A stretch of DNA of 61,553 nt, the filler included, from Choristocarpus tenellus KU-1152 (lineage: Eukaryota > Protista > Phaeophyceae), in NCBI GenBank assembly GCA_964200185.2. It is 11 parts of 11 records of this genome, joined end to end, with 100 filler letters (N's around TTAATTAATTAA, not from the genome) between each part and the next. Parts side by side here need not be neighbours in the genome. Positions count along the whole stretch, not along the records: positions 5,032 to 15,103 come from CAXNAD020003171.1; positions 15,204 to 19,267 come from CAXNAD020016408.1; positions 19,368 to 24,467 come from CAXNAD020011874.1; positions 24,568 to 30,934 come from CAXNAD020008291.1; 7 more parts are not named here. One strand, 5' to 3'. The translations under genes were made by a program, and so were the position numbers. This document shows, piece after piece, positions 11,101 through 25,523 of the stretch (within the stretch, counting starts at the first letter, position 1; each line of letters opens with the position of its first letter). The notes below the pieces were generated by a model, which saw only the letters and a list, made by a program, of their open reading frames with translations, was not told where the DNA came from and made no database searches.

Positions 11101-14100
11101 GTCGAAGCTGCCCTTCTTTCCAAAGTCAGGCATCATGTGGTCATACCTGTGTCAGGGTCACAGGCGTTTCAAGTTGTAGGTTAATATTACCCCAACAAAA
11201 ATATTCCGGTCACTTGGCAGACTCTATGATTCTAAAGTACACACCTGACTCGAAGAGAGAGAGAGAGGTTCTTTGATATCCCTAATCCTAACATATGAAC
11301 AGACCATCGGGATACTCAAGAGGAAGAGGATGATGAATAACAACAACTGAGAGCTACCACGTGGGATATCCAGCCCCTTCCTCAGGGCGATCAGAGGTAT
11401 GAAATTCCTCCTAACAAGGGCACAAGGGCCGACGGAACCAACGCCAAGCAAGTCATACTCATTGCTCTGTTCCTAGTGTGAACGTAGGCGTTTTGAAGAG
11501 ATACACAGTCTGGTAGACGTTCCTGTTCAACAGCACTCTATCAACTTAACTGCACCACCTGTGCAGTGGTTTCAACTGCCATCACAATATGTTGACTTTA
11601 GATCAGGTGCAGTTCATGCTAAAATGCAACAACTATGTGGAACTGATATCTGACTGCATGTTGCTCCACGGTGGAATAGCATCCATCCAGGTTTGGTCGA
11701 TATTCAGGGTGGTACAAACTTGTGCAAGCGATTCTCAAGAAAAGGGTAGGCACTGTAGGCTCTATCCAGAACGGAAACATTGCATGTTTTGTTTTTTTAT
11801 TGTTGGGGTGCAAAATCGCCACAATCAGAGAGATACAATCAGACACACATGCAACAAACAAACAAAAGAGACTGCACACAAATTAGACCTTGCATGAATC
11901 CAAAGGTCTTGTTCCTAAATTTCTCAACCGTGTTGCTAGCAATAACTTCTCCACAACCAGCACCTAATCTCGGGGCGAATTAAACATGGCACTCCAGGAA
12001 AAATGCAAGAGCCTCTTGGATGAACAACAAAAAAATAAACTAGGTGAGGCAAATAGTCACACAAAGAAGTGACATATCAGGATGTAAGGTTACTACCAAT
12101 ACACAATAGTCAAGGATGTTAAGGGCATGTTATACATAACATATATATATATATATATATCATACTCACTTATCGTTTTGCCATGGCATCTCCTCCCCTT
12201 TCATTGCTGCCTGGTCCTCCATGTTCTCCAAGTCAAATACACTTACAGACCGGTCCTTCCAAGCACGGTCCTGTTCAGTGGTTACAGTTACGTTTTACAG
12301 CATCCGATCCCAATGTTGGCATATATATCATAACAACCACAAAAAAACATACTATTTCATCATCCTGTTAAGACCAATCTATGAATCCACTCTGTAATTC
12401 CCTACTCGTAGAAATGTTATAGAAAAAAAAAGAAGGTAATGAATAAGAAATGAAAAGTGTTAGATTTCATTAAATAAATGTATGTGAGAATGTCTACATT
12501 TTTTTCATTCGTTTTCAAATACGCTCTACTGCATCTGTTTCAACAGAACAAAAACCAAATTATTTATTTTAAAAATCATTCCAATGTTCTATTTTTTTTA
12601 TTCTTGAACAGCAAAGAGTTGAGAAGAAAGGACATGCTATCAAGGTAGACACACACAAGTATTAACATCTCTCAAGAACTACCAAATGACCTTCAGGTAG
12701 AGAACACTATGCCGTTATCTAGGACAAGGACAAGGACAAGCACTCAATCACCTTCAATGCAGAAACTCATGCATCAACCATCACAATAACCCTAACCCTC
12801 AACGCACCACAATATGGGGTTATTGTTAACAGCATAACCCGGTGCACAAAGGGCTTTTGACCTACCACGCCTCTTACAACAGGAGTACCTACACTCGCTT
12901 TTTCCGCTCACGAGAGCGATAAGATGATAGTGAATGAATACTCCCCTCGAGTAGTGAATGAATGCTACACCCATTTAATACACGGATTTGGTTCAGCGGA
13001 TGCCGGCGTGTTGTAACATCACAAGCACAGAGGCACCCAAAAGCCTACCAAAGCAATAAACCCACAAACATACCCAACAAAAATGACAAAAATCGGAAAA
13101 CCCTCGCCGAAATAGTAATGCGCACCAATCAAATCCTTTCAAATTCCAAGATCCTCAATCCCCGAGGCCCACTCTAGTATTGCTTTGTTCAATCAATTAA
13201 TGCCTTTTATTTTTTTCAGTGTAGGGATGCTCAGAACAGCATCGGGCTACTCAGTCACAATAATAAGGCTCTTACGAGGGTAAGGTTAGGGTCAGGGCTA
13301 TCGAGGTTCGACACTGTAAGTATGACCAAAGTTGATCTACGGCAGACAATCCCATCCTAAATTCTCCAAATAAGAGAAAGTTAATCCCATACCACAGTAC
13401 CAAAGGCAAAATCAAGAAGGGCGATTATTTAGTCACTTGTAGTCTGGGTTAGGGTTAGGGACCCATGTAGGAACTCGAGAGGAACATTACCAAGCACGCC
13501 CTTCAACAAGTGTTGATGTTGCCATAAGAACAAAGAGTGATTTTTCTTAAACGCCTTCCTTCCTTACAACAACCCCTCACTTGCCTTAGGTCAAATGGAA
13601 CAATCTCAGCAAATGAGTACATGGAGGAGACTTGGGGGTAGTTTTAATGGAAATAGGGAATTCTACCACCACTGACAGCATTACTTTCAACTATGTTCTT
13701 GACTTATATTTTTTTTTAAAGGTGAGGATTTGTGGGGCTGTTTGATAACCCTAACCCTAAAATAGACAAAACTGAGCGTGCACTTTTTTTTGTTCTCATG
13801 AGAATTTTTTTGTTTTTGAATAAAAAACTCATACGCTATGCTCATACAAAAAAATGACCCCCTTCCCTAAATCACCTTAAACCTTTATACCTTCAGCCTG
13901 CTCAGTCCCCCGGAGAGTAAGTACCTCATTTCATCAATGTGTACTCTCACACACAGACACATATTCCTCCAACTGATGCAGTGCACAGACTAAAGAACAT
14001 CTACCCAAAACAACCAATCTGTCACAACACACCTTGCAACAAAAAGAAAAAGATGTTTATGCTCCTCTGCCAGTAAAATAATGCCATCCAAGCTAACAGC

Positions 14101-16599
14101 ACAGGGAAATATCTCTCCTCTCTCCTCTCCTCTCCTCCCCTACTCTCTACAACATTTACCTGCTGATCTTGGGGGGTTTGGCTCTGTCCATACAGCTCTG
14201 TGGCCACCTGCTCTGCTTCCATGATGATCTCATCAATCTGGTCAGCAAACCCAACCTGCATTCACACAAGCAGTGGTAAATCGAACCGCCTTTCCATCCA
14301 ATACAAGATCCTTGATATTGCAAATTGAACCACCTTTCCATCCAATGCATGCAGCAGCATACATCTCATGTATACTCCACACACTCTAGTAGATGCAATC
14401 TGCACCCCCCTATGACACAGTAGTTGGTACTTGATACATCAATGCCAATGCCAACGCCAACACCACGACTACAAAAACCTCGATCCGGGTGCACAGTCCA
14501 CACAATCCTCCCCCGTAGCACAGGACATGCACAAAAACAAAGGGAGTGAAGGGACACCCAACAACATCAACACGACGATAACCAACACACTGCAATGAAA
14601 TTACTATCGAGTCACCTCTGATTCACCGATGTTACCAAAGTTAGACATCAAACTTCGTACAACTTCAAGGAACTGGGGAGGCTCCACGTCTGGCTTGTCT
14701 GAGGTCTCTTCTCCCCCTGGTAGGGCCACCTTAGCCTTCTGCCGGAACGCGCTGTTCAAAAGCTTAAAAAAAACACACACACACACACAAAAAAGAAAAT
14801 ACGAGGGGGACAGCACGACAGATGGAAGGCGTGTACGTGCAAAAAAACTATATTAATAAATGAGTGTAGAGACTTCACCGTAAAACAAGTGTGTGTGTGT
14901 AGGTGCATCGGAATGAGGTATACCCCCCTGATCATGTTAGGAAGGTAATCGCATCATACTGTACCAGTCGGTAAGCTGAACCGCTACCCTTTTTACCCTT
15001 TACCCTAACACTTGTGATAGGCAAGGAGTAGGCATTATAAATATCATGACACTGTATTGGAACCGGGAGAGGTAAAATGTGTGTTTGTGTGTGTGTGTGG
15101 GGGNNNNNNNNNNNNNNNNNNNNNNNNNNNNNNNNNNNNNNNNNNNNTTAATTAATTAANNNNNNNNNNNNNNNNNNNNNNNNNNNNNNNNNNNNNNNNN
15201 NNNCAGATGAAATAAAGCAGCACCTCCATCCCTCAGTCCTCATTTCAATTCATTCCCTTCCGTACATACCATTCAAAAAGGGGCCCTAAAAAGGGTTTAT
15301 GACATTTACAAAAAAAAACATATGGGCACTTTCCGCGCACCATATCGGTCAAACCCATCCTCCATGAAATGATCCATCCGCCATTATCATGATCCGCTGT
15401 TACTAGCCACTGCATCCCACAAGGCATTTGAGTCTCGCGCCCTCTCATACCCAGGGATTGCACCACCACACTGTTCTTTGTTCGAATGTTTGAGTCTGGA
15501 CCCCAGACAGACTTCTGGGCTGAAGAATTGGGACCAACGGGTGGAATGGGATGAGTAAGACGCTCTGAACAACAGGGGTCATCCTACGCATCCCAATGAA
15601 CACTGGTTTGACAGTTTCATGAGGTTTTTTGAACCACATCAAACCCTACTTGGTCAACTTTGCACTGGGGATCCTCCACAGTCATGACAGTCCACCATCT
15701 CAAACTTTGCATGCCCCCCAATTTATATGAGAACTAAGCGTCATCCAGAGAGGGTTTATTGCATGGGTTGTTCCCGAGCTGGAACAGAGCTTGCAAAAAT
15801 TAAGTTATATTTGATTCCGAACCGAGGAAGTGCATAACAAGAATATGTGCGATAAAATGGCATGTTAATTGTTGTGGAGAAAACATTTGCGTGCAGGTTG
15901 TCACATCATATTATTACTGAAATTGCTCCTGAGGAGGATGAACATGCCATGCAAAATAGGAACTAGTAATACTTGAACATCTATGAAGCACCTACGACTT
16001 ATTTTATGTGATACTGCAGTTGTGGTAATGAAAGTGCAGTGATTGATAAATATGATACAGGTAGGAAGGTAATAGCTACTTCTTCTGAGTCCTTGGCATC
16101 ACCTTGTTCTTGGCGAAGAAGAGAGCGAAATACATTTGTTATTAATATATTCTAGAGATGGTCTAGACTAAATGCAAGATAGACTTGCATGTATACCATC
16201 ACTATACAACTTGCAGCACCACCAAAACTAGTAGAATATTGTAACTACTTGCTGGTGCAAGAGTAAGCAGTTACGCATGTACACCTCTTCTTTTCAAGAT
16301 GGCTCCTCACCCTTTGAATTCAGGGGAGCGCAGGGGAGGCAGCAACAAGCACCAAGCAAACAGTAACCACTAACTATTGTGAACCAAACAAAATCTTTAG
16401 ACAACATTTAAAAAAAATCTAGGCCTACGTATCACCAATACATGTAGAATTGTTAGCAGTATGTGATAGGCCTCTGTTCTCCCAAACAAAAATCATTCCT
16501 TGACCAAAATTGCATGCATAGACAGAGGTGTTGTAACCCAGCATTTCAGTCCTATTGATTGTTGCATGAATCCCAGCAAAGGAGGGACTACAGTTCTAA

Positions 16600-18790
16600 T
16601 AGACTACCACAGCACAAGCAATTAATTTCCCACCCACTCAAGACAAACACACGTCTCTAACCACCGCCACAAAATCAACTCTTCCCATGCACCTGGTGTG
16701 CATAGCATAATGCATCTCTGTCAGGGCTCATTTCCAAGGGTCATGCGCAGTCACACTACTTCCCACTGCCCTGTCAGGCACATATGCAAGAAAACGCACA
16801 AATTCAAAGCACTAAAACACACTGCTCAGTAGGAGACATTGCAGAAAAATCGCAGTATGATTGTTCTAGCTTCACCCTCATATGACTCTCTGGGGGCACT
16901 CTTTAAGGCGGGCATCAGCCCACTCTTCGAACTTATGGGCAGCCAACACCTCTGCATCTGCAAGGCGGCATATCCTCTCTATGGCATTCACTGCCCCTGT
17001 CACAGCACCCTTGCCATAAGCGTCATTGCTGTTTGCGGCCCTATAACCACCACTTCTTAATCTATCTGAAATCCAAGATGGAGTGTCCGTTGCTGGTGCA
17101 GGTATTGGAAGGCTGGGGCACACAGTCAACAAACAAAAAAGGTGGTTGATGACACGGGACGAGCACGGTATGGACAGAAAGAACAGGGGTGGCTAGGTGA
17201 GAGGAAACTTTGTTTGCATGTATGATCGATTGGGATCAGATTAAATAACTTGCGCCATCCTCCACAACCTGTCAAATACAGCTTCAGACAAGAGCCACAC
17301 GCAACAATTGCAGTGGCAACAGAAGCAAGTACAGTACCCTTTGACCACAAGCGACATGCCCTAACTAAGCCTAATGGAGTGGATACCTCCAAATTAATTT
17401 GAAAAAAACACAAACTGCCATGATGTTTCTATTCGCAACTGTTACAGACATCTACGCATTACCCAGAGCTTCAGGACCTAAGCAGAACTGCAGGTAACTG
17501 TACTGCATCAAACCAGGCCTCGGAAAAAAAAGTGCTTTACTCTCTGACATTTACTTTTTCTAAATGTTATGGTGGGCAAAACTAAACATCTCATGAAATG
17601 TTAAACCACTCCAACCTGACATACATTCAATGGTGATCTCTGCCATAAATCAGAGTTGTATGTCTTACCTACAACTGCCGAAAATTTAACCAGAAGGTGC
17701 TCTCTGAGTGGCAAAACTATCTCCAAGTATGCTTACAACCACTAGGTTAACTAACCTAAACCATGCACTGCATATACATGGCCACAAAATTAGGATATCT
17801 CATTGATATCAATTACTCAAATATGTAAAACATTCAACAGCAAAAAGAGGATACAAAGATGTGGAAAAGGTTGCAGTAGACCAGTAGGAATCAAATCCTG
17901 GAAACAAACAAAGAACAAACAATAAGACACCAAGATAGATCTCATTCACTGCACACTTCCTAAGTCGTAAGATGTTGACGACCAAAGAAAAATCTGGATC
18001 AACACAAGATTCACAACTAAATCTCGTTTGTTTATGTCTGTGGACACCAAGGTTAAACGCGTTGGGCGGTAAAAGATGACACCTCAGGCACAGACAATTC
18101 CCAACTGTTGCAGCCCATTTACTTTTGAACTAAAATGACTTGTACATATTCCTAGTCCACTTTCATTATTGTGTAAAGAGAGTTGTAACCATCGAGGGGT
18201 GACATGACCACATACCTGTAGCCTCCGCCCCTATGCCCCTTGGTACCAGTCCAGGCCCCTCCACTCCCCCAACCCTGCCAAGCATCTCCTTTCCTTGCAG
18301 ACGCCTGCCATGACCCGCCTCGTACATAACCACCTTTATCACCATCCAAGCCACTGGGGCCACTGACACTGACCCCCTGAGATCGTGCAGGGGTATCCCC
18401 CTCAACCGGTACAGTTTGTTTCTCCCAGCGATTCAGTGACACCTTGGAACACAACTCAAACTCCTTGTAGGCCCGGTTCTCCTCCCTGATCGCTTTGCTC
18501 ACATCCGCCAGCATCCTATTGAATCCGTCAGACCTCCCACGCATTCCTGGCGAGGTGGCAGTGGCAAGAGTCTCTGTCTTGTGCGCTGGCACTGAGGTTC
18601 TTGTCTCAACCCCTACCCCCTTCCGCTTCTCTCCTACTACTGTAATGGGTAGTTGGGATTCCCATAGTGAAGGAGCAGTGTACCTCGGAGACAGCGGACC
18701 ATCATGCAGGCCTCTTATGCGAGCAGGTTCCATGTTCTCAAGTCCATGGCGGTTAGTAGTAACTGGATCAGGTAGGACAGGCAATGTCAC
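16600..18790 (-). mobile_element. Decayed coding element, possibly DIRS/tyrosine-recombinase retroelement
   Basis: A 212-aa gag-like ORF with a Gly-rich tail (18152-18790). Then fragments DSFAT, YNSDLW and FCPP near 17.56-17.73 kb, resembling the DIRS methyltransferase-like region. Then GAVNAIERICRL, resembling a recombinase N-terminus. All matches are weak. Confidence 0.25.
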
Positions 18791-19052
18791 CTCCTTTGCC
18801 CCAATAGGTAGCTGATTGGGTGGTCATGTGCAAAGCGGTTGGTGGATTGAGGGGGAGGTGTAGGGGAGAGGTGGGGGGGGGGGGAGGGGGAGTTGAGGCC
18901 AAGGAATTCTTGGACTTCATCTCTAAAGACCAAAACTATGACTGTATGAAAGAGGAAGTATGAAATCAGAGCATAATTGCTGTAGAGGATAGATAACTAA
19001 ATCTCCCCGAATTACAATGGGAAGGGCAATGAACGCATTAGTCAAAAAAGGT

Positions 19053-19090
<38 letters not shown>

Positions 19091-20366
19091 AGAGCAACTC
19101 ACTTACAACACGTCACTCATACTTTCGTATCCATCAAAAAAGGGTCCTCTGCACTTTTTACAATACATACTCGATAACCAACCCCCTCATGCTTCACGTT
19201 CCATTCATCAAAGAAGGAGAAGATTTTTTCAAGTACTCAAAAATGTCCACACTCTTGGCACCAAGGTNNNNNNNNNNNNNNNNNNNNNNNNNNNNNNNNN
19301 NNNNNNNNNNNTTAATTAATTAANNNNNNNNNNNNNNNNNNNNNNNNNNNNNNNNNNNNNNNNNNNNGGGTGGCGGGGTTGTCTGCGTGCGCCCTTCCCA
19401 TCCCCCACCCCCACCCCCCTCCCCCCCCCCCCCCCCTCCCTTTCCCTCCACCTTCCTGTGGTTCTGGTAGCAGGGCCGGCGACTGTGTATGTTCACCGGA
19501 GACTTAACCATGACGGGCAGCCTATGCCAGAGCTGGGATTCTCACTTAATCGTGGCGGGGCTAGTGAATCGATGTATAGGTGGGGCGGAGGGGAATAGGT
19601 TTTCAAGTAGGCATTGTGTTGGGGTGGGGTTGGTGTCGTTTGGCTTGTAGCTGTGTGTAAGTCTAATGTTTTGAATTTAGGGTTAGGGTTAGAAGAGGTT
19701 GGAACATGTTTGTGATGGTGATGGGATATGGTGAGGTAGGTGGCTGTGGTTTTGTAAGGTGGTACAGGACTAGTAGTGTTTTTTTTTTTGTGGTTGATGG
19801 AGTGAACAGTAATTGAATAATAATAATAATAATAATACTTGTATTTTTGGTACTTGCGTCTGAGGTTGTGTTTTGGGTACTTGTGTGAACCCTAACCCTT
19901 GAGCCCTCAACGAGTATGCAGGCGAAAGAGGTGGCCGCTTCCTGACCTGACCTGGTCATTTTTTGTAACATGGGGTAAAGGCAGTTGGTGGGCAATTGAT
20001 TGAGTCTCCTTCTTTGCGTCCATTTCTATGTTTCTATGGTTTTATCTCCACTTGTGTTGAACACTGATAGCACTGTTGATGTACTCTATTACTTAGCGAA
20101 GCTGGATGGGCGCCCCTGCCACTACAAGAGAAATGTTCTGAGTATCATATATTTTCTTGTTGCACTCTCTCAGCAGATGCCCTATGTCATCGTCTAGGCA
20201 ACCGTCATAATGTAGTCATCAACTTAGTGTCTTGTCGTTCCTCTTCCCCCCCTCCCCTCCCCCCATCCCCTTTGCTGTCTGCTTTGCCTGACCGCTTGTT
20301 AGCCTTGAGGGTACAGGAAATGGGCGTGCTGAGGAAGGGCAGGGGGGAGAAGTCTACAGCAGGAGT

Positions 20367-20591
20367 GTGTTTCAAGGTGGTTATAACCGTGATTGTGATG
20401 AGAGCAGTGATGACAGTGATGACAGTGATGGCAAGGAGGAGGAGGAGGAAGAGGAGGAAGAGGGGGAGGGGGAGGGGGAGGGGGAAGCAAATAGTGACCA
20501 GTTTGGGAGAGCCCCTGCTTGGCAAGAGTATGCTGCTAAGGAAGAGGAGGAGGAGGAAAGGGAAAATAATGACGAGGAGGTCAGATATTGA
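20367..20591 (+). other. Acidic low-complexity tract (D/E/G codons); possible exon or transposon ORF tail
   Basis: DESSDDSDDSDGKEEEEEEEEEGEGEGEGE; no domain recognised. Confidence 0.3.
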
Positions 20592-20767
20592 AAGGAATAT
20601 ATAGTATGTGCTTGGGTCACTATTGGTGGAGTAGGGAGCGCTGGGGGGATTTAAGGTGATCCTACGAGCATAATTTCGGAAACTTGTGATTGCCTCTCTG
20701 TAAAGAACTATAGTTTTTGTTGGTTTGTGAGACAGTATGGTAGTGTAAAAGTCTTTCATGATATATT

Positions 20768-20769
<2 letters not shown>

Positions 20770-20805
<36 letters not shown>

Positions 20806-20815
20806 TGTGTGTGTT
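20770..20815. repeat. (GT)n microsatellite
   Basis: Direct reading. Confidence 0.95.
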
Positions 20816-21446
20816 TTGTTTTTTTTCTAAATGATTTTGTTCATGTATATCGCCTTCCTATTTATATAGCTTACGACCAATGTGCCGAAGCTGGGTGGTG
20901 CCAGGGTCTTAGTTCTTGAGTGAAAATGTAAATTGCGTTGGGACTGTGGTGTAATAGATAAGTGATAAGTGTACTGGGATTTGTATCAGAAAATGTTCTG
21001 AAGTGATGATTTCTTAATAGCGATTGGGGTTAGGGCTAGGGCTGGATAGATGAGGGTGGCGGGGGGGGCACTGTGACAAAATTTCTCCTCTGAGAAACTA
21101 CTCAAGTGCATGACATTTCCAAGCAAGTTGGGAGATCCACAAGGTGTGTTGGAACGCTAAAGGTTTCGGCAACATATTCAGGTTTACAACTTTTGTGTTG
21201 CATAGTGTTAAGGTTACGATTAGCTTACGATTTCAGGGGGTATTCAATCTATGGTGGATCTGTTGGTGGTTGACACCCACTGTCCAGTCTTGTGCAGAGC
21301 TTTAGTGCGGCAGGTACATGGACGAGGGAGGAGGATTAGTGGGGAGGGGAAGATATGTTATTGAGAGTATTAGTAGGATGAAAACGTCATGTTCTGTTTC
21401 TTTATGGCAGGAATAAAAAAAGGGAGTGTAAGAGCAAAGGGACCTA

Positions 21447-21481
21447 TTTTGGGCATATTTTGGGCATATTTTGGGCATATT
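21447..21481. repeat. 12-bp tandem repeat TTTTGGGCATA(T) x3
   Basis: Direct reading. Confidence 0.9.
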
Positions 21482-22562
21482 CTGTGGTGCTTCACAGATA
21501 TTCTATGGGTATTTTTTATACTTTTGACTGAAGGAGGAAGCTGAAGCTGACATAACCGCCTTTCCGAATGGACAAGCCGATGGGCTTGCAAACGTTTTTT
21601 GGCAACCTCTTACATGGGTTTTCCTAGTCAGTGAAAAGGCAGCGTGTTTACCATACCTACTGTGCTGAAGATATTTCTGGGATGTTGGGGTCTTTCTTGT
21701 TTATATGTACATGAACGCCTTTTTGGTTCTCGGGTCCTAATCTGGTCAATGGCAATAAAAGATTGTAGATGTGAGTTCCATGAGAGGTCACTTCCCCTAA
21801 CCCTTAAAAATTCCATCGGCTGCATTTTTTTTTTTCCAGAGGTGTGTGTCAACAGATATTTGCTTGTATGAGTTTGATTGGGTCGTACCACCCGAAAGGC
21901 GTAGTGTTTCATTGTAAGGATCCCCAGAAATAACCAAAACGTGTTTAAAAAAAAATGCAATGAAAGGAGTCTTTCTTGTTCCGTTGTGGCATTTTTTAAT
22001 TTATTTGTTGAGTTCTCTTCTGCTGCACTAACTTCATCTTGGGAGCCCTCTGTTGTGCAAATTAAACAAAAAAAAATGTAAGAAAAAGGTGTGTTGATGG
22101 AATTGAACTGGGTTCGAAGAAGTTTTTTTTTTTAAATGCAGTACGGTCTAATCAGGCGTATGTCTCAGTTCATAAGACTCATCACAGACAAACCCTAGCA
22201 TCTTGCAATTGACCCTACTTTGAGCCACGGGGGTGGGGGTGGGGGACTATTTTGCTGTTGGAGGAAAGTCGTGTCTCTTGTGAGTGTGCTCTCTCTCCTT
22301 GTGCCACCCCTCAATTAGGCTGTTGATGGTAGTGCTGTTGATGTTGCAAATTTCTGTATCCACAAGAGAAATCATCTTTGAAATATGGGGAAGGGGAGGG
22401 GGGGGAGGGGGGGGAGGGGGGGGAGGGCATTCTGCACATTCTTGTACTGGTTGCATGGGTTGGCTGAAAGTCTTAAAGGAGTGATGNNNNNNNNNNCCTC
22501 CTCCCCACTCTTCCCCTTCGTGATTTGTTTGATTTTGTTTCAAACTGAGGGAAAGAAGGGGA

Positions 22563-22610
<48 letters not shown>

Positions 22611-22998
22611 TGGTAAAAAGCACATTCTAGTACTTCTTCCATCGGTTGGATGGATTTCCTAAAAGATTGTTGGGTGTTCCGCTTTGGGCTGATTTTAACC
22701 CGAGATAGCTGGACAGCGAGACCAACAATAATTCATGGTTTTGTGTTGTTTTGTTTAAAGTGATGGGATTAGTGTATGCTATTGCATGTGTTATTCAACT
22801 AATGATTGCGTGTACAACTCTTTTCAACACAGTTTTGGTTGGCTTGGATGCCCGTCACCAGGGCAAACCTCTCTTGTTGCAGTTTATTTATTACCCTTTG
22901 TATTACCCTCCACCATCAATAGGAAGCAGTACTCCACTGCTGATGGTGTGTAGATGATCCTTGTGGGTAGACTACGTCATAAGATGCTTTTGCTGGCG

Positions 22999-23034
<36 letters not shown>

Positions 23035-23906
23035 ATTTTGGTCAACCGCTTTGAGTGGGCGATGTGCTATTTAAGGAAAAGTTTTTTTATTTTCCTGTTC
23101 AAGTGATATTTCACCCTGCATTTTCCATGTTGGCAGAGGAAAACCCCTCCTCCACTGTGAAGTAACTCTTATGTTGTTTCTTGATGAGCAGTTCAGACTG
23201 GGAGGAGGAGTCACCACCCAATTATAATGCTCTTTCCAAGACGATTGTATGCTGGTGAACACATTGCAAGTGTTGGATGCTGTGGTCTGTTTTCAGAGAT
23301 TTCATGCGCTTTGCCCCGGGGGGGGGGAAGAATACCCTCCCACTGCGTGGCATTAACTGCTGTTGATAGTGCCCCCCCCTACACTACAAGAGATGAAGCC
23401 TAGCATTTGCAGTGTTTTGTTTTGCTTGAAATTGTGTTCTTAATCAATACAGTAAGTGTTGCCTTTTTGCAAGATAAAGCACTACAGTTTATTCTTGCAA
23501 AAGGGGCGCGCACGCAGATTGTGCCTCAAAGTAAAGAGCATAATTTTTTAGGTCTATCACTCCGGTCAACAGTTGCATTGGTGCTCACTCTCTCACTCTC
23601 TCTCTCTCTCTCTCTCTTTCAATCTCTTTCAATCTCTCCCTTTTTTTTATTGTTCGCTCGTTTTTTTTTTTTCACGCATAAGTGGTATCGGGCGTGATCC
23701 CCTGAGAATCGATGAGGCCTGCTGGTTGGGTTATATATAGTAGGTTATATATAGTAGGTCGTACGTATATATATTCCCCGTCCCCGTGGATAATCCACAC
23801 ACTTGAGTTTTTTTTGGCTCAATTGGTTTTGCACACTGGACGGGGTGTCTGACGGTATCCGCAGGTATCTCGTGGCTCGTGGCTACCTTACGTGCTTGGT
23901 TGGTCG

Positions 23907-23980
23907 GTGCTAAGAGTTGTGCTAAGAGTTGTGCTAAGAGTTGTGTGATGATAGTGTGATGATAGTGTGATGATAGTGTG
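23907..23980. repeat. Abutting tandem repeats GTGCTAAGAGTT x3 then GTGTGATGATA x3
   Basis: Direct reading; flanked by CGTGGCT repeats near 23870 and 24095-24128. Confidence 0.9.
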
Positions 23981-24567
23981 CACCTCTAAAATTTTTGTAG
24001 GGTTGTCAACCGAGTCCGCGAGGGGATTTGTGACCTACAATTGTAATCAGTTCGGATCTCGATGGTCAATCGTCTGGGTCATCGCACATGGTCCGTGGCT
24101 GGCTCGTGGCTGGCGCGTGGCGTGGCTGCACAGAAGTAGGTGTTGTGATTTGTGAGGGCCTTCCCCACCAGGGGCATTTTTTTTAAAGGGTAATATGGAA
24201 TACTTTTTGTACATGGTAGTAGTCATCATGCACGGTGTAGACGGGGACTTTTGAGGTGTGTTCGAATGGGGCTGGCATGAAGAATAGCTGACGGTTCAGT
24301 TAATGGGGAGAGGATGGATGCGACTGATTGTTAACACCGCCTGTTCACAGTTAAGTTTTTGTTGAAGGGAGGGGGGGGGGAGGGGGGGGGAAAGTACAAG
24401 TTTAGCGCTTTTTGAGGTATTTTGTACAATAGTCTATCTAGTGCATATTTAGAGATGGGTCAAAGATNNNNNNNNNNNNNNNNNNNNNNNNNNNNNNNNN
24501 NNNNNNNNNNNTTAATTAATTAANNNNNNNNNNNNNNNNNNNNNNNNNNNNNNNNNNNNNNNNNNNN

Positions 24568-24619
24568 AAATTGGCCCCAAATGGACAGCCGCCACCCCCC
24601 CCCCCAGGTACTTTGAGCC
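24568..24619 (+). mobile_element. MITE family B right end at contig start (a B' left end sits at 24457-24467 on the previous contig)
   Basis: CCCCAAATGGACAGCCGCCA(C)nAGGTACTTTGAGCC. Confidence 0.8.
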
Positions 24620-24911
24620 AGATGTCGATGAAATTCATTTCTGAAAGAAGATTTGGAATCCTTGACGAATTTCTGGTTAGTGTCAGGTCTTGTTAGGTCT
24701 TGTTATTATTATTAATCCCCATCCATCACAATTTTACCAGCCACAGAAAAAGCCTCCATGTCTACCTTTGGCGTGGTTCCAAGATCACCAGACAACTGCC
24801 TCTTCCTAACCCCCTGTCTGTGTGCTCCACACTGAAGTCATTCCCCCCTTTGTATCTAAGTGCTTGATTGTACACCAGAAAAAGGAGCTGCTAAGCCCTC
24901 TCAAGTGTGGT

Positions 24912-25449
24912 TGTTAGAGGCGCCCCTCAGAACTCACCTCCATAGGATGTACAACTCAAATCGAACGACCTTAAAACGACGCTACGAGGGGGGTCTACAG
25001 ATGATAACCACGTTCAGTGTCAGTTTGATGCTTAGCTCAGTCAATCAATGTCTCGCTTTTCGCTTTATCAAAAGAGGTAACATCAAAAAGGAGCAGAGGG
25101 CATGGTGATCCGCATCAGCCTTCTATTAACATAATTCACCATTTTTCTACAGCCAAAGAGTTAAATGGAGTCTGCAAACTGCTAAGTAGATACTTTAATC
25201 ATAAATCTTCATTCTGCAACTTCCAGGAATTGACATCTATTCTGTAAGATTATGAATGCATTTCAAATCTTACTCTGCATCTCCTATCAAATCATCATTT
25301 ATCCTGTAAGGCTACCTATGTGTTACTAATATCGTATATTGTTCGCATTTGTTAGAACGCGAGAAACAATCCTCACACTATACGTCTGTCACAAATGTTC
25401 GTGTTTGCTAAAATATGGGAAGAAATGCTCGCGCTATTCGCCTGTAACA
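24912..25449. mobile_element. Solo LTR, family D
   Basis: TGTTAGA...TGTAACA termini with a 4-bp TSD TGGT on both sides (24908-24911, 25450-25453). Two other copies in the window. Confidence 0.85.
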
Positions 25450-25523
25450 TGGTTTCATCATACTCCTTAAACTGTTTCTCAATGACCCTCTGCTACAAGG
25501 TGGAAGTCTCGGTAGGACCTCCA

